Shown: positions 25,601 through 41,300 of the stretch, one piece after another
Numbering within the stretch: the first letter of the stretch is position 1
How the letters are laid out: each line of letters opens with the position of its first letter
DNA from: the human T2T-CHM13v2.0 reference genome, Homo sapiens
Reading direction: 5' to 3' (one strand)
Length of the DNA stretch: 64,000 nt
NCBI RefSeq assembly: GCF_009914755.1
Contig: NC_060938.1
Made by a program: the position numbers and the translations under genes
The notes under the pieces: generated by a model
Told to the model about the DNA's origin: nothing
Databases searched by the model: none
Seen by the model: the letters and a program-made list of their open reading frames with translations, nothing else

Positions 25601-28600
25601 TTTTTATACGTAATCCCGTTTCCAACGAAATCCTCCAAGCTATCCAAATATCCACTTGCAGATTCCACAGAAAGACTGTTTCAAAACTGCTCTGTCAATA
25701 GAAAGGTTCAACTCTGTTAGCTGCGTGCATATATCCCAAAGAAGATTCTGAGATTGCTTCTGTCTAGTTTTTATGGGAAGATATTTCCCTTTTCACCGTA
25801 GGCGTCAAGGCGCTCCAAATGTCCACTTCCAGATACTACAAAAACAGTGTTTCAAACCTACTCTGTGAAAGGGAATATTCAACTCTGTGACTTGAATGCA
25901 CATATCACAAGGAAGTTTCTGAGAATGCTTCTGTCGAGATTTTATATGAAGATATTCCCGTTTCCAACGAAATCCTGAAATCTATCCAAATATCCCCTCG
26001 CAGATTCTACAAAAAGAGTGTTTCAAAACTGCTCTGTAAAAAGGAAGGTTCAACTCTGTTAGTTGAGTACACACATCACAAACAAGTTTCACAGAATGCT
26101 TCTTTCTAGCTTGTAGGGGAAGATATTCCCTTTATCACCATGGGCCTCCAACCGTCCGATAAGTCCACTTCCATATACTACAAAAAGAGCGTTTCAAACC
26201 TGCTCTATGAAAGGCAATGTTCAACTCTGTGACTTGAATGCAGACATCACAGAGCAGTTTCTGAGAATGCTTCTGTCTAGATTTTATAGGAAGATATTCC
26301 CGTTTCCAACGAAATCTTCACAGCTATCCAAATATCCACTTGCAGATTCTACAAAAAGAGTGTATCAAAACTGCTCTGTCAAAAGGAAGGTTCTTCTCTG
26401 TTAGGTGAGTGCATACGTCATAAAGGAGTTTCTGAGAATGTTTCTGTCTAGTGGTTATGGGAAGATATTTGCTTTTTCACCGTAGGCCTCAGAGCGCTCC
26501 AAATATCCACTTGCACATACTACAAAAAGAGTGCCTCAAAGCTGCTCTCTGAAACGGAATGTTCAACTCTATGAGTTGAATGCAAACATCGCAAAGACGT
26601 TTCTGAGAATGCTTCTGTCTAGATTTGATATGAAGATATTCCCGTTTCCAACGAAATCTTCAAATCTATCCAAATGTCCACTTGCAGATTCAAGAAAAAG
26701 TGTTTTTCAGAACTGCTCTATCAAAAGAAAGATCCACCTCTGTTAGCTGAGTTCACACATCACAAACAAGTTTATGAGAATGCTTCTGTCTAGTTTTTAT
26801 TTGAAGATATTTCCTTTCTCACCATAGAGCTGAAAGCTGTCCTAATGTTCACTTCCAGATACTACAGAAAGAGTGTTTCAAAACTGCTGTACGAAAGGGA
26901 ATGTTCAACTCTGTGACTTGAATGCACACATCACAAAGAAGTTTCTGAGGATGCTGCTGTCTACTTTTTATACGTAATCCCGTTTCCAACGAAATCCTCC
27001 AAGCTATCCAAATATCCACTTGCAGATTCCACAGAAAGACTGTTTCAAAACTGCTCTGTCAATAGAAAGGTTCAACTCTGTTAGCTGCGTGCATATATCC
27101 CAAAGAAGATTCTGAGATTGCTTCTGTCTAGTTTTTATGGGAAGATATTTCCCTTTTCACCGTAGGCGTCAAGGCGCTCCAAATGTCCACTTCCAGATAC
27201 TACAAAAAGAGTGTTTCAAACCTACTCTGTGAAAGGGAATATTCAACTCTGTGACTTGAATGCAGATATCACAAAGAAGTTTCTGAGAATGCTTCTGTCG
27301 AGATTTTATATGAAGATATTCCCGTTTCCAACGAAATCCTGAAATCTATCCAAATATCCCCTCGCAGATTCTACAAAAAGAGTGTTTCAAAACTGCTCTG
27401 TAAAAAGAAAGGTTCAACTCTGTTAGTTGAGTACACACATCACAAACAAGTTTCACAGAATGCTTCTTTCTAGCTTGTAGGGGAAGATATTCCCTTTATC
27501 ACCATGGGCCTCCAACCGTCCGAAACATCCACTTCCATATACTACAAAAAGAGCGTTTCAAACCTGCTCTATGAAAGGCAATGTTCAACTCTGTGACTTG
27601 AATGCAGACATCACAGAGCAGTTTCTGAGAATGCTTCTGTCTAGATTTTATAGGAAGATATTCCCGTTTCCAACGAAATCTTCACAGCTATCCAAATATC
27701 CACTTGCAGATTCTACAAAAAGAGTGTATCAAAACTGCTCTGTCAAAAGGAAGGTTCTTTTCTGTTAGGTGAGTGCATACGTCATAAAGGAGTTTCTGAG
27801 AATGTTTCTGTCTAGTGGTTATGGGAAGATATTTGCTTTTTCACCGTAGGCCTCAGAGCGCTCCAAATATCCACTTGCACATACTACAAAAAGAGTGCCT
27901 CAAAGCTGCTCTCTGAAACGGAATGTTCAACTCTATGAGTTGAATGCAAACATCGCAAAGACGTTTCTGAGAATGCTTCTGTCTAGATTTGATATGAAGA
28001 TATTCCCGTTTCCAACGAAATCTTCAAATCTATCCAAATGTCCACTTGCAGATTCAACAAAAAGTGTTTTTCAGAACTGCTCTATCAAAAGAAAGATCCA
28101 CCTCTGTTAGCTGAGTTCACACATCACAAACAAGTTTATGAGAATGCTTCTGTCTAGTTTTTATTTGAAGATATTTCCTTTCTCACCATAGAGCTGAAAG
28201 CTGTCCTAATGTTCACTTCCAGATACTACAGAAAGAGTGTTTCAAAACTGCTGTACGAAAGGGAATGTTCAACTCTGTGACTTGAATGCACACATCACAA
28301 AGAAGTTTCTGAGGATGCTGCTGTCTACTTTTTATACGTAATCCCGTTTCCAACGAAATCCTCCAAGCTATCCAAATATCCACTTGCAGATTCCACAGAA
28401 AGACTGTTTCAAAACTGCTCTGTCAATAGAAAGGTTCAACTCTGTTAGCTGCGTGCATATATCCCAAAGAAGATTCTGAGATTGCTTCTGTCTAGTTTTT
28501 ATGGGAAGATATTTCCCTTTTCACCGTAGGTGTCAAGGCGCTCCAAATGTCCACTTCCAGATACTACAAAAAGAGTGTTTCAAACCTACTCTGTGAAAGG

Positions 28601-31258
28601 GAATATTCAACTCTGTGACTCGAATGCACATATCACAAAGAAGTTTCTGAGAATGCTTCTGTCGAGATTTTATATGAAGATATTCCCGTTTCCAACGAAA
28701 TGCTGAAATCTATCCAAATATCCCCTCGCAGATTCTACAAAAAGAGTGTTTCAAAACTGCTCTGTAAAAAGAAAGGTTCAACTCTGTTAGTTGAGTACAC
28801 ACATCACAAATAAGTTTCACACAATGCTTCTTTCTAGCTTGTAGGGGAAGATATTCCCTTTATCACCATGGGCCTCAAACCGTCTGAAACGTCCACTTCC
28901 ATATACTACAAAAAGAGCATTTCAAACCTGCTCTATGAAAGGCAATGTTCAACTCTGTGACTTGAATGCAGACATCACAGAGCAGTTTCTGAGAATGCTT
29001 CTGTCTAGATTTTATAGGAAGATATTCCCGTTTCCAACGAAATCTTCACAGCTATCCAAATATCCACTTGCAGATTCTACAAAAAGAGTGTATCAAAACT
29101 GCTCTGTCAAAAGGAAGGTTCTTCTCTGTTAGGTGAGTGCATACGTCATAAAGGAGTTTCTGAGAATGTTTCTGTCTAGTGGTTATGGGAAGATATTTGC
29201 TTTTTCCCCGTAGGCCTCAGGGCGCTCCAAATGTCCACTTGCACATGCTACAAAAAGAGTGCTTCAAAGCTGCTCTCTGAAAGGGAATGTTCAACTCTAT
29301 GAGTTGAATGCAAACATCACAAAGACGTTTCTGAGAATGCTTCTGTCTAGATTTGATATGAAGATATTCCCGTTTCCAACGAAATCTTCAAATCTATCCA
29401 AATGTCCACTTGCAGATTCAACAAAAAGTGTTTTTCAGAACTGCTCTATCAAAAGAAAGATCCACCTCTGTTAGCTGAGTTCAGACATCACAAACAAGTT
29501 TATGAGAATGCTTCTGTCTAGTTTTTATTTGAAGATATTTCCTTTCTCACCATAGACCTGAAAGCTGTCCTAATGTTCACTTCCAGTTACTACAGAAAGA
29601 GTGTTTCAAAACTGCTGTACGAAAGGGAATGTTCAACTCTGTGACTTGAATGCACACATCACAAAGAAGTTTCTGAGGATGCTGCTGTCTACTTTTTATA
29701 CGTAATCCCGTTTCCAACGAAATCCTCCAAGCTATCCAAATATCCACTTGCAGATTCCACAGAAAGACTGTTTCAAAACTGCTCTGTCAATAGAAAGGTT
29801 CAACTCTGTTAGCTGCGTGCATATATCCCAAAGAAGATTCTGAGATTGCTTCTGTCTAGTTTTTATGGGAAGATATTTCCCTTTTCACCGTAGGCGTCAA
29901 GGCGCTCCAAATGTCCACTTCCAGATACTACAAAAACAGTGTTTCAAACCTACTCTGTGAAAGGGAATATTCAACTCTGTGACTTGAATGCACATATCAC
30001 AAGGAAGTTTCTGAGAATGCTTCTGTCGAGATTTTATATGAAGATATTCCCGTTTCCAACGAAATCCTGAAATCTATCCAAATATCCCCTCGCAGATTCT
30101 ACAAAAAGAGTGTTTCAAAACTGCTCTGTAAAAAGGAAGGTTCAACTCTGTTAGTTGAGTACACACATCACAAACAAGTTTCACAGAATGCTTCTTTCTA
30201 GCTTGTAGGGGAAGATATTCCCTTTATCACCATGGGCCTCCAACCGTCCGATAAGTCCACTTCCATATACTACAAAAAGAGCGTTTCAAACCTGCTCTAT
30301 GAAAGGCAATGTTCAACTCTGTGACTTGAATGCAGACATCACAGAGCAGTTTCTGAGAATGCTTCTGTCTAGATTTTATAGGAAGATATTCCCGTTTCCA
30401 ACGAAATCTTCACAGCTATCCAAATATCCACTTGCAGATTCTACAAAAAGAGTGTATCAAAACTGCTCTGTCAAAAGGAAGGTTCTTCTCTGTTAGGTGA
30501 GTGCATACGTCATAAAGGAGTTTCTGAGAATGTTTCTGTCTAGTGGTTATGGGAAGATATTTGCTTTTTCACCGTAGGCCTCAGAGCGCTCCAAATATCC
30601 ACTTGCACATACTACAAAAAGAGTGCCTCAAAGCTGCTCTCTGAAACGGAATGTTCAACTCTATGAGTTGAATGCAAACATCGCAAAGACGTTTCTGAGA
30701 ATGCTTCTGTCTAGATTTGATATGAAGATATTCCCGTTTCCAACGAAATCTTCAAATCTATCCAAATGTCCACTTGCAGATTCAAGAAAAAGTGTTTTTC
30801 AGAACTGCTCTATCAAAAGAAAGATCCACCTCTGTTAGCTGAGTTCACACATCACAAACAAGTTTATGAGAATGCTTCTGTCTAGTTTTTATTTGAAGAT
30901 ATTTCCTTTCTCACCATAGAGCTGAAAGCTGTCCTAATGTTCACTTCCAGATACTACAGAAAGAGTGTTTCAAAACTGCTGTACGAAAGGGAATGTTCAA
31001 CTCTGTGACTTGAATGCACACATCACAAAGAAGTTTCTGAGGATGCTGCTGTCTACTTTTTATACGTAATCCCGTTTCCAACGAAATCCTCCAAGCTATC
31101 CAAATATCCACTTGCAGATTCCACAGAAAGACTGTTTCAAAACTGCTCTGTCAATAGAAAGGTTCAACTCTGTTAGCTGCGTGCATATATCCCAAAGAAG
31201 ATTCTGAGATTGCTTCTGTCTAGTTTTTATGGGAAGATATTTCCCTTTTCACCGTAGG
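22603..31258. repeat. Tandem duplication of a 3-HOR (4092-bp) block
   Basis: Markers aaaacagtg at 25845/29937 and tcaagaaaa at 26694/30786; HOR types at 23479, 24843, 26207 repeat at 27571, 28935, 30299. Confidence 0.85.
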
Positions 31259-32323
31259 TGTCAAGGCGCTCCAAATGTCCACTTCCAGATACTACAAAAA
31301 GAGTGTTTCAAACCTACTCTGTGAAAGGGAATATTCAACTCTGTGACTCGAATGCACATATCACAAAGAAGTTTCTGAGAATGCTTCTGTCGAGATTTTA
31401 TATGAAGATATTCCCGTTTCCAACGAAATGCTGAAATCTATCCAAATATCCCCTCGCAGATTCTACAAAAAGAGTGTTTCAAAACTGCTCTGTAAAAAGA
31501 AAGGTTCAACTCTGTTAGTTGAGTACACACATCACAAATAAGTTTCACACAATGCTTCTTTCTAGCTTGTAGGGGAAGATATTCCCTTTATCACCATGGG
31601 CCTCAAACCGTCTGAAACGTCCACTTCCATATACTACAAAAAGAGCATTTCAAACCTGCTCTATGAAAGGCAATGTTCAACTCTGTGACTTGAATGCAGA
31701 CATCACAGAGCAGTTTCTGAGAATGCTTCTGTCTAGATTTTATAGGAAGATATTCCCGTTTCCAACGAAATCTTCACAGCTATCCAAATATCCACTTGCA
31801 GATTCTACAAAAAGAGTGTATCAAAACTGCTCTGTCAAAAGGAAGGTTCTTCTCTGTTAGGTGAGTGCATACGTCATAAAGGAGTTTCTGAGAATGTTTC
31901 TGTCTAGTGGTTATGGGAAGATATTTGCTTTTTCACCGTAGGCCTCAGGGCGCTCCAAATGTCCACTTGCACATGCTACAAAAAGAGTGCTTCAAAGCTG
32001 CTCTCTGAAAGGGAATGTTCAACTCTATGAGTTGAATGCAAACATCACAAAGACGTTTCTGAGAATGCTTCTGTCTAGATTTGATATGAAGATATTCCCG
32101 TTTCCAACGAAATCTTCAAATCTATCCAAATGTCCACTTGCAGATTCAACAAAAAGTGTTTTTCAGAACTGCTCTATCAAAAGAAAGATCCACCTCTGTT
32201 AGCTGAGTTCAGACATCACAAACAAGTTTATGAGAATGCTTCTGTCTAGTTTTTATTTGAAGATATTTCCTTTCTCACCATAGACCTGAAAGCTGTCCTA
32301 ATGTTCACTTCCAGTTACTACAG

Positions 32324-35300
32324 AGTGTTTCAAAACTGCTGTACGAAAGGGAATGTTCAACTCTGTGACTTGAATGCACACATCACAAAGAAGTTTCTGA
32401 GGATGCTGCTGTCTACTTTTTATACTTAATCCCGTTTCCAACGAAATCCTCCAAGCTATCCAAATATCCACTTGCAGATTCCACAGAAAGACTGTTTCAA
32501 AACTGCTCTGTCAATAGAAAGGTTCAACTCTGTTAGCTGCGTGCATATATCCCAAAGAAGATTCTGAGATTGCTTCTGTCTAGTTTTTATGGGAAGATAT
32601 TTCCCTTTTCACCGTAGGCGTCAAGGCGCTCCAAATGTCCACTTCCAGATACTACAAAAAGAGTGTTTCAAACCTACTCTGTGAAAGGGAATATTCAACT
32701 CTGTGACTTGAATGCAGATATCACAAAGAAGTTTCTGAGAATGCTTCTGTCGAGATTTTATATGAAGATATTCCCGTTTCCAACGAAATCCTGAAATCTA
32801 TCCAAATATCCCCTCGCAGATTCTACAAAAAGAGTGTTTCAAAACTGCTCTGTAAAAAGAAAGGTTCAACTCTGTTAGTTGAGTACACACATCACAAACA
32901 AGTTTCACAGAATGCTTCTTTCTAGCTTGTAGGGGAAGATATTCCCTTTATCACCATGGGCCTCAAACCGTCCGATAAGTCCACTTCCATATACTACAAA
33001 AAGAGCGTTTCAAACCTGCTCTATGAAAGGCAATGTTCAACTCTGTGACTTGAATGCAGACATCCCAGAGCAGTTTCTGAGAATGCTTCTGTCTAGATTT
33101 TATAGGAAGATATTCCCGTTTCCAACGAAATCTTCACAGCTATCCAAATATCCACTTGCAGATTCTACAAAAAGAGTGTATCAAAACTGCTCTGTCAAAA
33201 GGAAGGTTCTTTTCTGTTAGGTGAGTGCATACGTCATAAAGGAGTTTCTGAGAATGTTTCTGTCTAGTGGTTATGGGAAGATATTTGCTTTTTCACCGTA
33301 GGCCTCAGAGCGCTCCAAATATCCACTTGCACATACTACAAAAAGAGTGCCTCAAAGCTGCTCTCTGAAACGGAATGTTCAACTCTATGAGTTGAATGCA
33401 AACATCGCAAAGACGTTTCTGAGAATGCTTCTGTCTAGATTTGATATGAAGATATTCCCGTTTCCAACGAAATCTTCAAATCTATCCAAATGTCCACTTG
33501 CAGATTCAAGAAAAAGTGTTTTTCAGAACTGCTCTATCAAAAGAAAGATCCACCTCTGTTAGCTGAGTTCACACATCACAAACAAGTTTATGAGAATGCT
33601 TCTGTCTAGTTTTTATTTGAAGATATTTCCTTTCTCACCATAGAGCTGAAAGCTGTCCTAATGTTCACTTCCAGATACTACAGAAAGAGTGTTTCAAAAC
33701 TGCTGTACGAAAGGGAATGTTCAACTCTGTGACTTGAATGCACACATCACAAAGAAGTTTCTGAGGATGCTGCTGTCTACTTTTTATACGTAATCCCGTT
33801 TCCAACGAAATCCTCCAAGCTATCCAAATATCCACTTGCAGATTCCACAGAAAGACTGTTTCAAAACTGCTCTGTCAATAGAAAGGTTCAACTCTGTTAG
33901 CTGCGTGCATATATCCCAAAGAAGATTCTGAGATTGCTTCTGTCTAGTTTTTATGGGAAGATATTTCCCTTTTCACCGTAGGTGTCAAGGCGCTCCAAAT
34001 GTCCACTTCCAGATACTACAAAAAGAGTGTTTCAAACCTACTCTGTGAAAGGGAATATTCAACTCTGTGACTCGAATGCACATATCACAAAGAAGTTTCT
34101 GAGAATGCTTCTGTCGAGATTTTATATGAAGATATTCCCGTTTCCAACGAAATGCTGAAATCTATCCAAATATCCCCTCGCAGATTCTACAAAAAGAGTG
34201 TTTCAAAACTGCTCTGTAAAAAGAAAGGTTCAACTCTGTTAGTTGAGTACACACATCACAAATAAGTTTCACACAATGCTTCTTTCTAGCTTGTAGGGGA
34301 AGATATTCCCTTTATCACCATGGGCCTCAAACCGTCTGAAACGTCCACTTCCATATACTACAAAAAGAGCATTTCAAACCTGCTCTATGAAAGGCAATGT
34401 TCAACTCTGTGACTTGAATGCAGACATCACAGAGCAGTTTCTGAGAATGCTTCTGTCTAGATTTTATAGGAAGATATTCCCGTTTCCAACGAAATCTTCA
34501 CAGCTATCCAAATATCCACTTGCAGATTCTACAAAAAGAGTGTATCAAAACTGCTCTGTCAAAAGGAAGGTTCTTCTCTGTTAGGTGAGTGCATACGTCA
34601 TAAAGGAGTTTCTGAGAATGTTTCTGTCTAGTGGTTATGGGAAGATATTTGCTTTTTCCCCGTAGGCCTCAGGGCGCTCCAAATGTCCACTTGCACATGC
34701 TACAAAAAGAGTGCTTCAAAGCTGCTCTCTGAAAGGGAATGTTCAACTCTATGAGTTGAATGCAAACATCACAAAGACGTTTCTGAGAATGCTTCTGTCT
34801 AGATTTGATATGAAGATATTCCCGTTTCCAACGAAATCTTCAAATCTATCCAAATGTCCACTTGCAGATTCAACAAAAAGTGTTTTTCAGAACTGCTCTA
34901 TCAAAAGAAAGATCCACCTCTGTTAGCTGAGTTCAGACATCACAAACAAGTTTATGAGAATGCTTCTGTCTAGTTTTTATTTGAAGATATTTCCTTTCTC
35001 ACCATAGACCTGAAAGCTGTCCTAATGTTCACTTCCAGTTACTACGGAAAGAGTGTTTCAAAACTGCTGTACGAAAGGGAATGTTCAACTCTGTGACTTG
35101 AATGCACACATCACAAAGAAGTTTCTGAGGATGCTGCTGTCTACTTTTTATACTTAATCCCGTTTCCAACGAAATCCTCCAAGCTATCCAAATATCCACT
35201 TGCAGATTCCACAGAAAGACTGTTTCAAAACTGCTCTGTCAATAGAAAGGTTCAACTCTGTTAGCTGCGTGCATATATCCCAAAGAAGATTCTGAGATTG

Positions 35301-38300
35301 CTTCTGTCTAGTTTTTATGGGAAGATATTTCCCTTTTCACCGTAGGCGTCCAGGCGCTCCAAATGTCCACTTCCAGATACTACAAAAAGAGTGTTTCAAA
35401 CCTACTCTGTGAAAGGGAATATTCAACTCTGTGACTTGAATGCACATATCACAAGGAAGTTTCTGAGAATGCTTCTGTCGAGATTTTATATGAAGATATT
35501 CCCGTTTCCAACGAAATCCTGAAATCTATCCAAATATCCCCTCGCAGATTCTACAAAAAGAGTGTTTCAAAACTGCTCTGTAAAAAGGAAGGTTCAACTC
35601 TGTTAGTTGAGTACACACATCACAAACAAGTTTCACAGAATGCTTCTTTCTAGCTTGTAGGGGAAGATATTCCCTTTATCACCATGGGCCTCCAACCGTC
35701 CGATAAGTCCACTTCCATATACTACAAAAAGAGCGTTTCAAACCTGCTCTATGAAAGGCAATGTTCAACTCTGTGACTTGAATGCAGACATCACAGAGCA
35801 GTTTCTGAGAATGCTATTGTCTAGATTTTATAGGAAGATATTCCCGTTTCCAACGAAATCTTCACAGCTATCCAAATATCCACTTGCAGATTCTACAAAA
35901 AGAGTGTATCAAAACTGCTCTGTCAAAAGGAAGGTTCTTCTCTGTTAGGTGAGTGCATACGTCATAAAGGAGTTTCTGAGAATGTTTCTGTCTAGTGGTT
36001 ATGGGAAGATATTTGCTTTTTCACCGTAGGCCTCAGAGCGCTCCAAATATCCACTTGCACATACTACAAAAAGAGTGCTTCAAAGCTGGTCTCTGAAACG
36101 GAATGTTCAACTCTATGAGTTGAATGCAAACATCACAAAGACGTTTCTGAGAATGCTTCTGTCTAGATTTGATATGAAGATATTCCCGTTTCCAACGAAA
36201 TCTTCAAATCTATCCAAATGTCCACTTGCAGATTCAACAAAAAGTGTTTTTCAGAACTGCTCTATCAAAAGAAAGATCCACCTCTGTTAGCTGAGTTCAC
36301 ACATCACAAACAAGTTTATGAGAATGCTTCTGTATAGTTTTTATTTGAAGATATTTCCTTTCTCACCATAGACCTGAAAGCTGTCCTAATGTTCACTTCC
36401 AGATACTACAGAAAGAGTGTTTCAAAACTGCTGTACGAAAGGGAATGTTCAACTCTGTGACTTGAATGCACACATCACAAAGAAGTTTCTGAGGATGCTG
36501 CTGTCTACTTTTTATACGTAATCCCGTTTCCAACGAAATCCTCCAAGCTATCCAAATATCCACTTGCAGATTCCACAGAAAGGCTGTTTCAAAACTGCTC
36601 TGTCAATAGAAAGGTTCAACTCTGTTAGCTGCGTGCATATATCCCAAAGAAGATTCTGAGATTGCTTCTGTCTAGTTTTTATGGGAAGATATTTCCCTTT
36701 TCACCGTAGGTGTCAAGGCGCTCCAAATGTCCACTTCCAGATACTACAAAAAGAGTGTTTCCAACCTACTCTGTGAAAGGGAATATTCAACTCTGTGACT
36801 TGAATGCACATATCACAAAGAAGTTTCTGAGAATGCTTCTGTCGAGATTTTATATGAAGATATTCCCGTTTCCAACGAAATCCTGAAATGTATCCAAATA
36901 TCCCCTCGCAGATTCTACAAAAAGAGTGTTTCAAAACTGCTCTGTAAAAAGAAAGGTTCAACTCTGTTAGTTGAGTACACACATCACAAATAAGTTTCAC
37001 ACAATGCTTCTTTCTAGCTTGTAGGGGAAGATATTCCCTTTATCACCATGGGCCTCAAACCGTCTGAAACGTCCACTTCCATATACTACAAAAAGAGCAT
37101 TTCAAACCTGCTCTATGAAAGGCAATGTTCAACTCTGTGACTTGAATGCAGACATCACAGAGCAGTTTCTGAGAATGCTTCTGTCTAGATTTTATAGGAA
37201 GATATTCCCGTTTCCAACGAAATCTTCACAGCTATCCAAATATCCACTTGCAGATTCTACAAAAAGAGTGTATCAAAACTGCTCTGTCAAAAGGAAGGTT
37301 CTTCTCTGTTAGGTGAGTGCATACGTCATAAAGGAGTTTCTGAGAATGTTTCTGTCTAGTGGTTATGGGAAGATATTTGCTTTTTCCCCGTAGGCCTCAG
37401 GGCGCTCCAAATGTCCACTTGCACATGCTACAAAAAGAGTGCTTCAAAGCTGCTCTCTGAAAGGGAATGTTCAACTCTATGAGTTGAATGCAAACATCAC
37501 AAAGACGTTTCTGAGAATGCTTCTGTCTAGATTTGATATGAAGATATTCCCGTTTCCAACGAAATCTTCAAATCTATCCAAATGTCCACTTGCAGATTCA
37601 ACAAAAAGTGTTTTTCAGAACTGCTCTATCAAAAGAAAGATCCACCTCTGTTAGCTGAGTTCACACATCACAAACAAGTTTATGAGAATGCTTCTGTCTA
37701 GTTTTTATTTGAAGATATTTCCTTTCTCACCATAGACCTGAAAGCTGTCCTAATGTTCACTTCCAGTTACTACAGAAAGAGTGTTTCAAAACTGCTGTAC
37801 GAAAGGGAATGTTCAACTCTGTGACTTGAATGCACACATCACAAAGAAGTTTCTGAGGATGCTGCTGTCTACTTTTTATACTTAATCCCGTTTCCAACGA
37901 AATCCTCCAAGCTATCCAAATATCCACTTGCAGATTCCACAGAAAGACTGTTTCAAAACTGCTCTGTCAATAGAAAGGTTCAACTCTGTTAGCTGCGTGC
38001 ATATATCCCAAAGAAGATTCTGAGATTGCTTCTGTCTAGTTTTTATGGGAAGATATTTCCCTTTTCACCGTAGGCGTCCAGGCGCTCCAAATGTCCACTT
38101 CCAGATACTACAAAAACAGTGTTTCAAACCTACTCTGTGAAAGGGAATATTCAACTCTGTGACTTGAATGCACATATCACAAGGAAGTTTCTGAGAATGC
38201 TTCTGTCGAGATTTTATATGAAGATATTCCCGTTTCCAACGAAATCCTGAAATCTATCCAAATATCCCCTCGCAGATTCTACAAAAAGAGTGTTTCAAAA

Positions 38301-41300
38301 CTGCTCTGTAAAAAGGAAGGTTCAACTCTGTTAGTTGAGTACACACATCACAAACAAGTTTCACAGAATGCTTCTTTCTAGCTTGTAGGGGAAGATATTC
38401 CCTTTATCACCATGGGCCTCCAACCGTCCGATAAGTCCACTTCCATATACTACAAAAAGAGCGTTTCAAACCTGCTCTATGAAAGGCAATGTTCAACTCT
38501 GTGACTTGAATGCAGACATCACAGAGCAGTTTCTGAGAATGCTTCTGTCTAGATTTTATAGGAAGATATTCCCGTTTCCAACGAAATCTTCACAGCTATC
38601 CAAATATCCACTTGCAGATTCTACAAAAAGAGTGTATCAAAACTGCTCTGTCAAAAGGAAGGTTCTTCTCTGTTAGGTGAGTGCATACGTCATAAAGGAG
38701 TTTCTGAGAATGTTTCTGTCTAGTGGTTATGGGAAGATATTTGCTTTTTCACCGTAGGCCTCAGAGCGCTCCAAATATCCACTTGCACATACTACAAAAA
38801 GAGTGCTTCAAAGCTGGTCTCTGAAACGGAATGTTCAACTCTATGAGTTGAATGCAAACATCACAAAGACGTTTCTGAGAATGCTTCTGTCTAGATTTGA
38901 TATGAAGATATTCCCGTTTCCAACGAAATCTTCAAATCTATCCAAATGTCCACTTGCAGATTCAACAAAAAGTGTTTTTCAGAACTGCTCTATCAAAAGA
39001 AAGATCCACCTCTGTTAGCTGAGTTCACACATCACAAACAAGTTTATGAGAATGCTTCTGTCTAGTTTTTATTTGAAGATATTTCCTTTCTCACCATAGA
39101 GCTGAAAGCTGTCCTAATGTTCACTTCCAGATACTACAGAAAGAGTGTTTCAAAACTGCTGTACGAAAGGGAATGTTCAACTCTGTGACTTGAATGCACA
39201 CATCACAAAGAAGTTTCTGAGGATGCTGCTGTCTACTTTTTATACGTAATCCCGTTTCCAACGAAATCCTCCAAGCTATCCAAATATCCACTTGCAGATT
39301 CCACAGAAAGGCTGTTTCAAAACTGCTCTGTCAATAGAAAGGTTCAACTCTGTTAGCTGCGTGCATATATCCCAAAGAAGATTCTGAGATTGCTTCTGTC
39401 TAGTTTTTATGGGAAGATATTTCCCTTTTCACCGTAGGTGTCAAGGCGCTCCAAATGTCCACTTCCAGATACTACAAAAAGAGTGTTTCCAACCTACTCT
39501 GTGAAAGGGAATATTCAACTCTGTGACTTGAATGCACATATCACAAAGAAGTTTCTGAGAATGCTTCTGTCGAGATTTTATATGAAGATATTCCCGTTTC
39601 CAACGAAATCCTGAAATGTATCCAAATATCCCCTCGCAGTTTCTACAAAAAGAGTGTTTCAAAACTGCTCTGTAAAAAGAAAGGTTCAACTCTGTTAGTT
39701 GAGTACACACATCACAAACAAGTTTCACACAATGCTTCTTTCTAGCTTGTAGGGGAAGATATTCCCTTTATCACCATGGGCCTCAAACCGTCTGAAACGT
39801 CCACTTCCATATACTACAAAAAGAGCATTTCAAACCTGCTCTATGAAAGGCAATGTTCAACTCTGTGACTTGAATGCAGACATCACAGAGCAGTTTCTGA
39901 GAATGCTTCTGTCTAGATTTTATAGGAAGATATTCCCGTTTCCAACGAAATCTTCACAGCTATCCAAATATCCACTTGCAGATTCTACAAAAAGAGTGTA
40001 TCAAAACTGCTCTGTCAAAAGGAAGGTTCTTCTCTGTTAGGTGAGTGCATACGTCATAAAGGAGTTTCTGAGAATGTTTCTGTCTAGTGGTTATGGGAAG
40101 ATATTTCCTTTTTCCCCGTAGGCCTCAGGGCGCTCCAAATGTCCACTTGCACATGCTACAAAAAGAGTGCTTCAAAGCTGCTCTCTGAAAGGGAATGTTC
40201 AACTCTATGAGTTGAATGCAAACATCACAAAGACGTTTCTGAGAATGCTTCTGTCTAGATTTGATATGAAGATATTCCCGTTTCCAACGAAATCTTCAAA
40301 TCTATCCAAATGTCCACTTGCAGATTCAACAAAAAGTGTTTTTCAGAACTGCTCTATCAAAAGAAAGATCCACCTCTGTTAGCTGAGTTCAGACATCACA
40401 AACAAGTTTATGAGAATGCTTCTGTCTAGTTTTTATTTGAAGATATTTCCTTTCTCACCATAGACCTGAAAGCTGTCCTAATGTTCACTTCCAGTTACTA
40501 CAGAAAGAGTGTTTCAAAACTGCTGTACGAAAGGGAATGTTCAACTCTGTGACTTGAATGCACACATCACAAAGAAGTTTCTGAGGATGCTGCTGTCTAC
40601 TTTTTATACTTAATCCCGTTTCCAACGAAATCCTCCAAGCTATCCAAATATCCACTTGCAGATTCCACAGAAAGACTGTTTCAAAACTGCTCTGTCAATA
40701 GAAAGGTTCAACTCTGTTAGCTGCGTGCATATATCCCAAAGAAGATTCTGAGATTGCTTCTGTCTAGTTTTTATGGGAAGATATTTCCCTTTTCACCGTA
40801 GGCGTCCAGGCGCTCCAAATGTCCACTTCCAGATACTACAAAAAGAGTGTTTCAAACCTACTCTGTGAAAGGGAATATTCAACTCTGTGACTTGAATGCA
40901 CATATCACAAGGAAGTTTCTGAGAATGCTTCTGTCGAGATTTTATATGAAGATATTCCCGTTTCCAACGAAATCCTGAAATCTATCCAAATATCCCCTCG
41001 CAGATTCTACAAAAAGAGTGTTTCAAAACTGCTCTTTAAAAAGAAAGGTTCAACTCTGTTAGTTGAGTACACACATCACAAACAAGTTTCACAGAATGCT
41101 TCTTTCTAGCTTGTAGGGGAAGATATTCCCTTTATCACCATGGGCCTCAAACCGTCCGATAAGTCCACTTCCATATACTACAAAAAGAGCGTTTCAAACC
41201 TGCTCTATGAAAGGCAACGTTCAACTCTGTGACTTGAATGCAGACATCACAGAGCAGTTTCTGAGAATGCTTCTGTCTAGATTTTATAGGAAGATATTCC

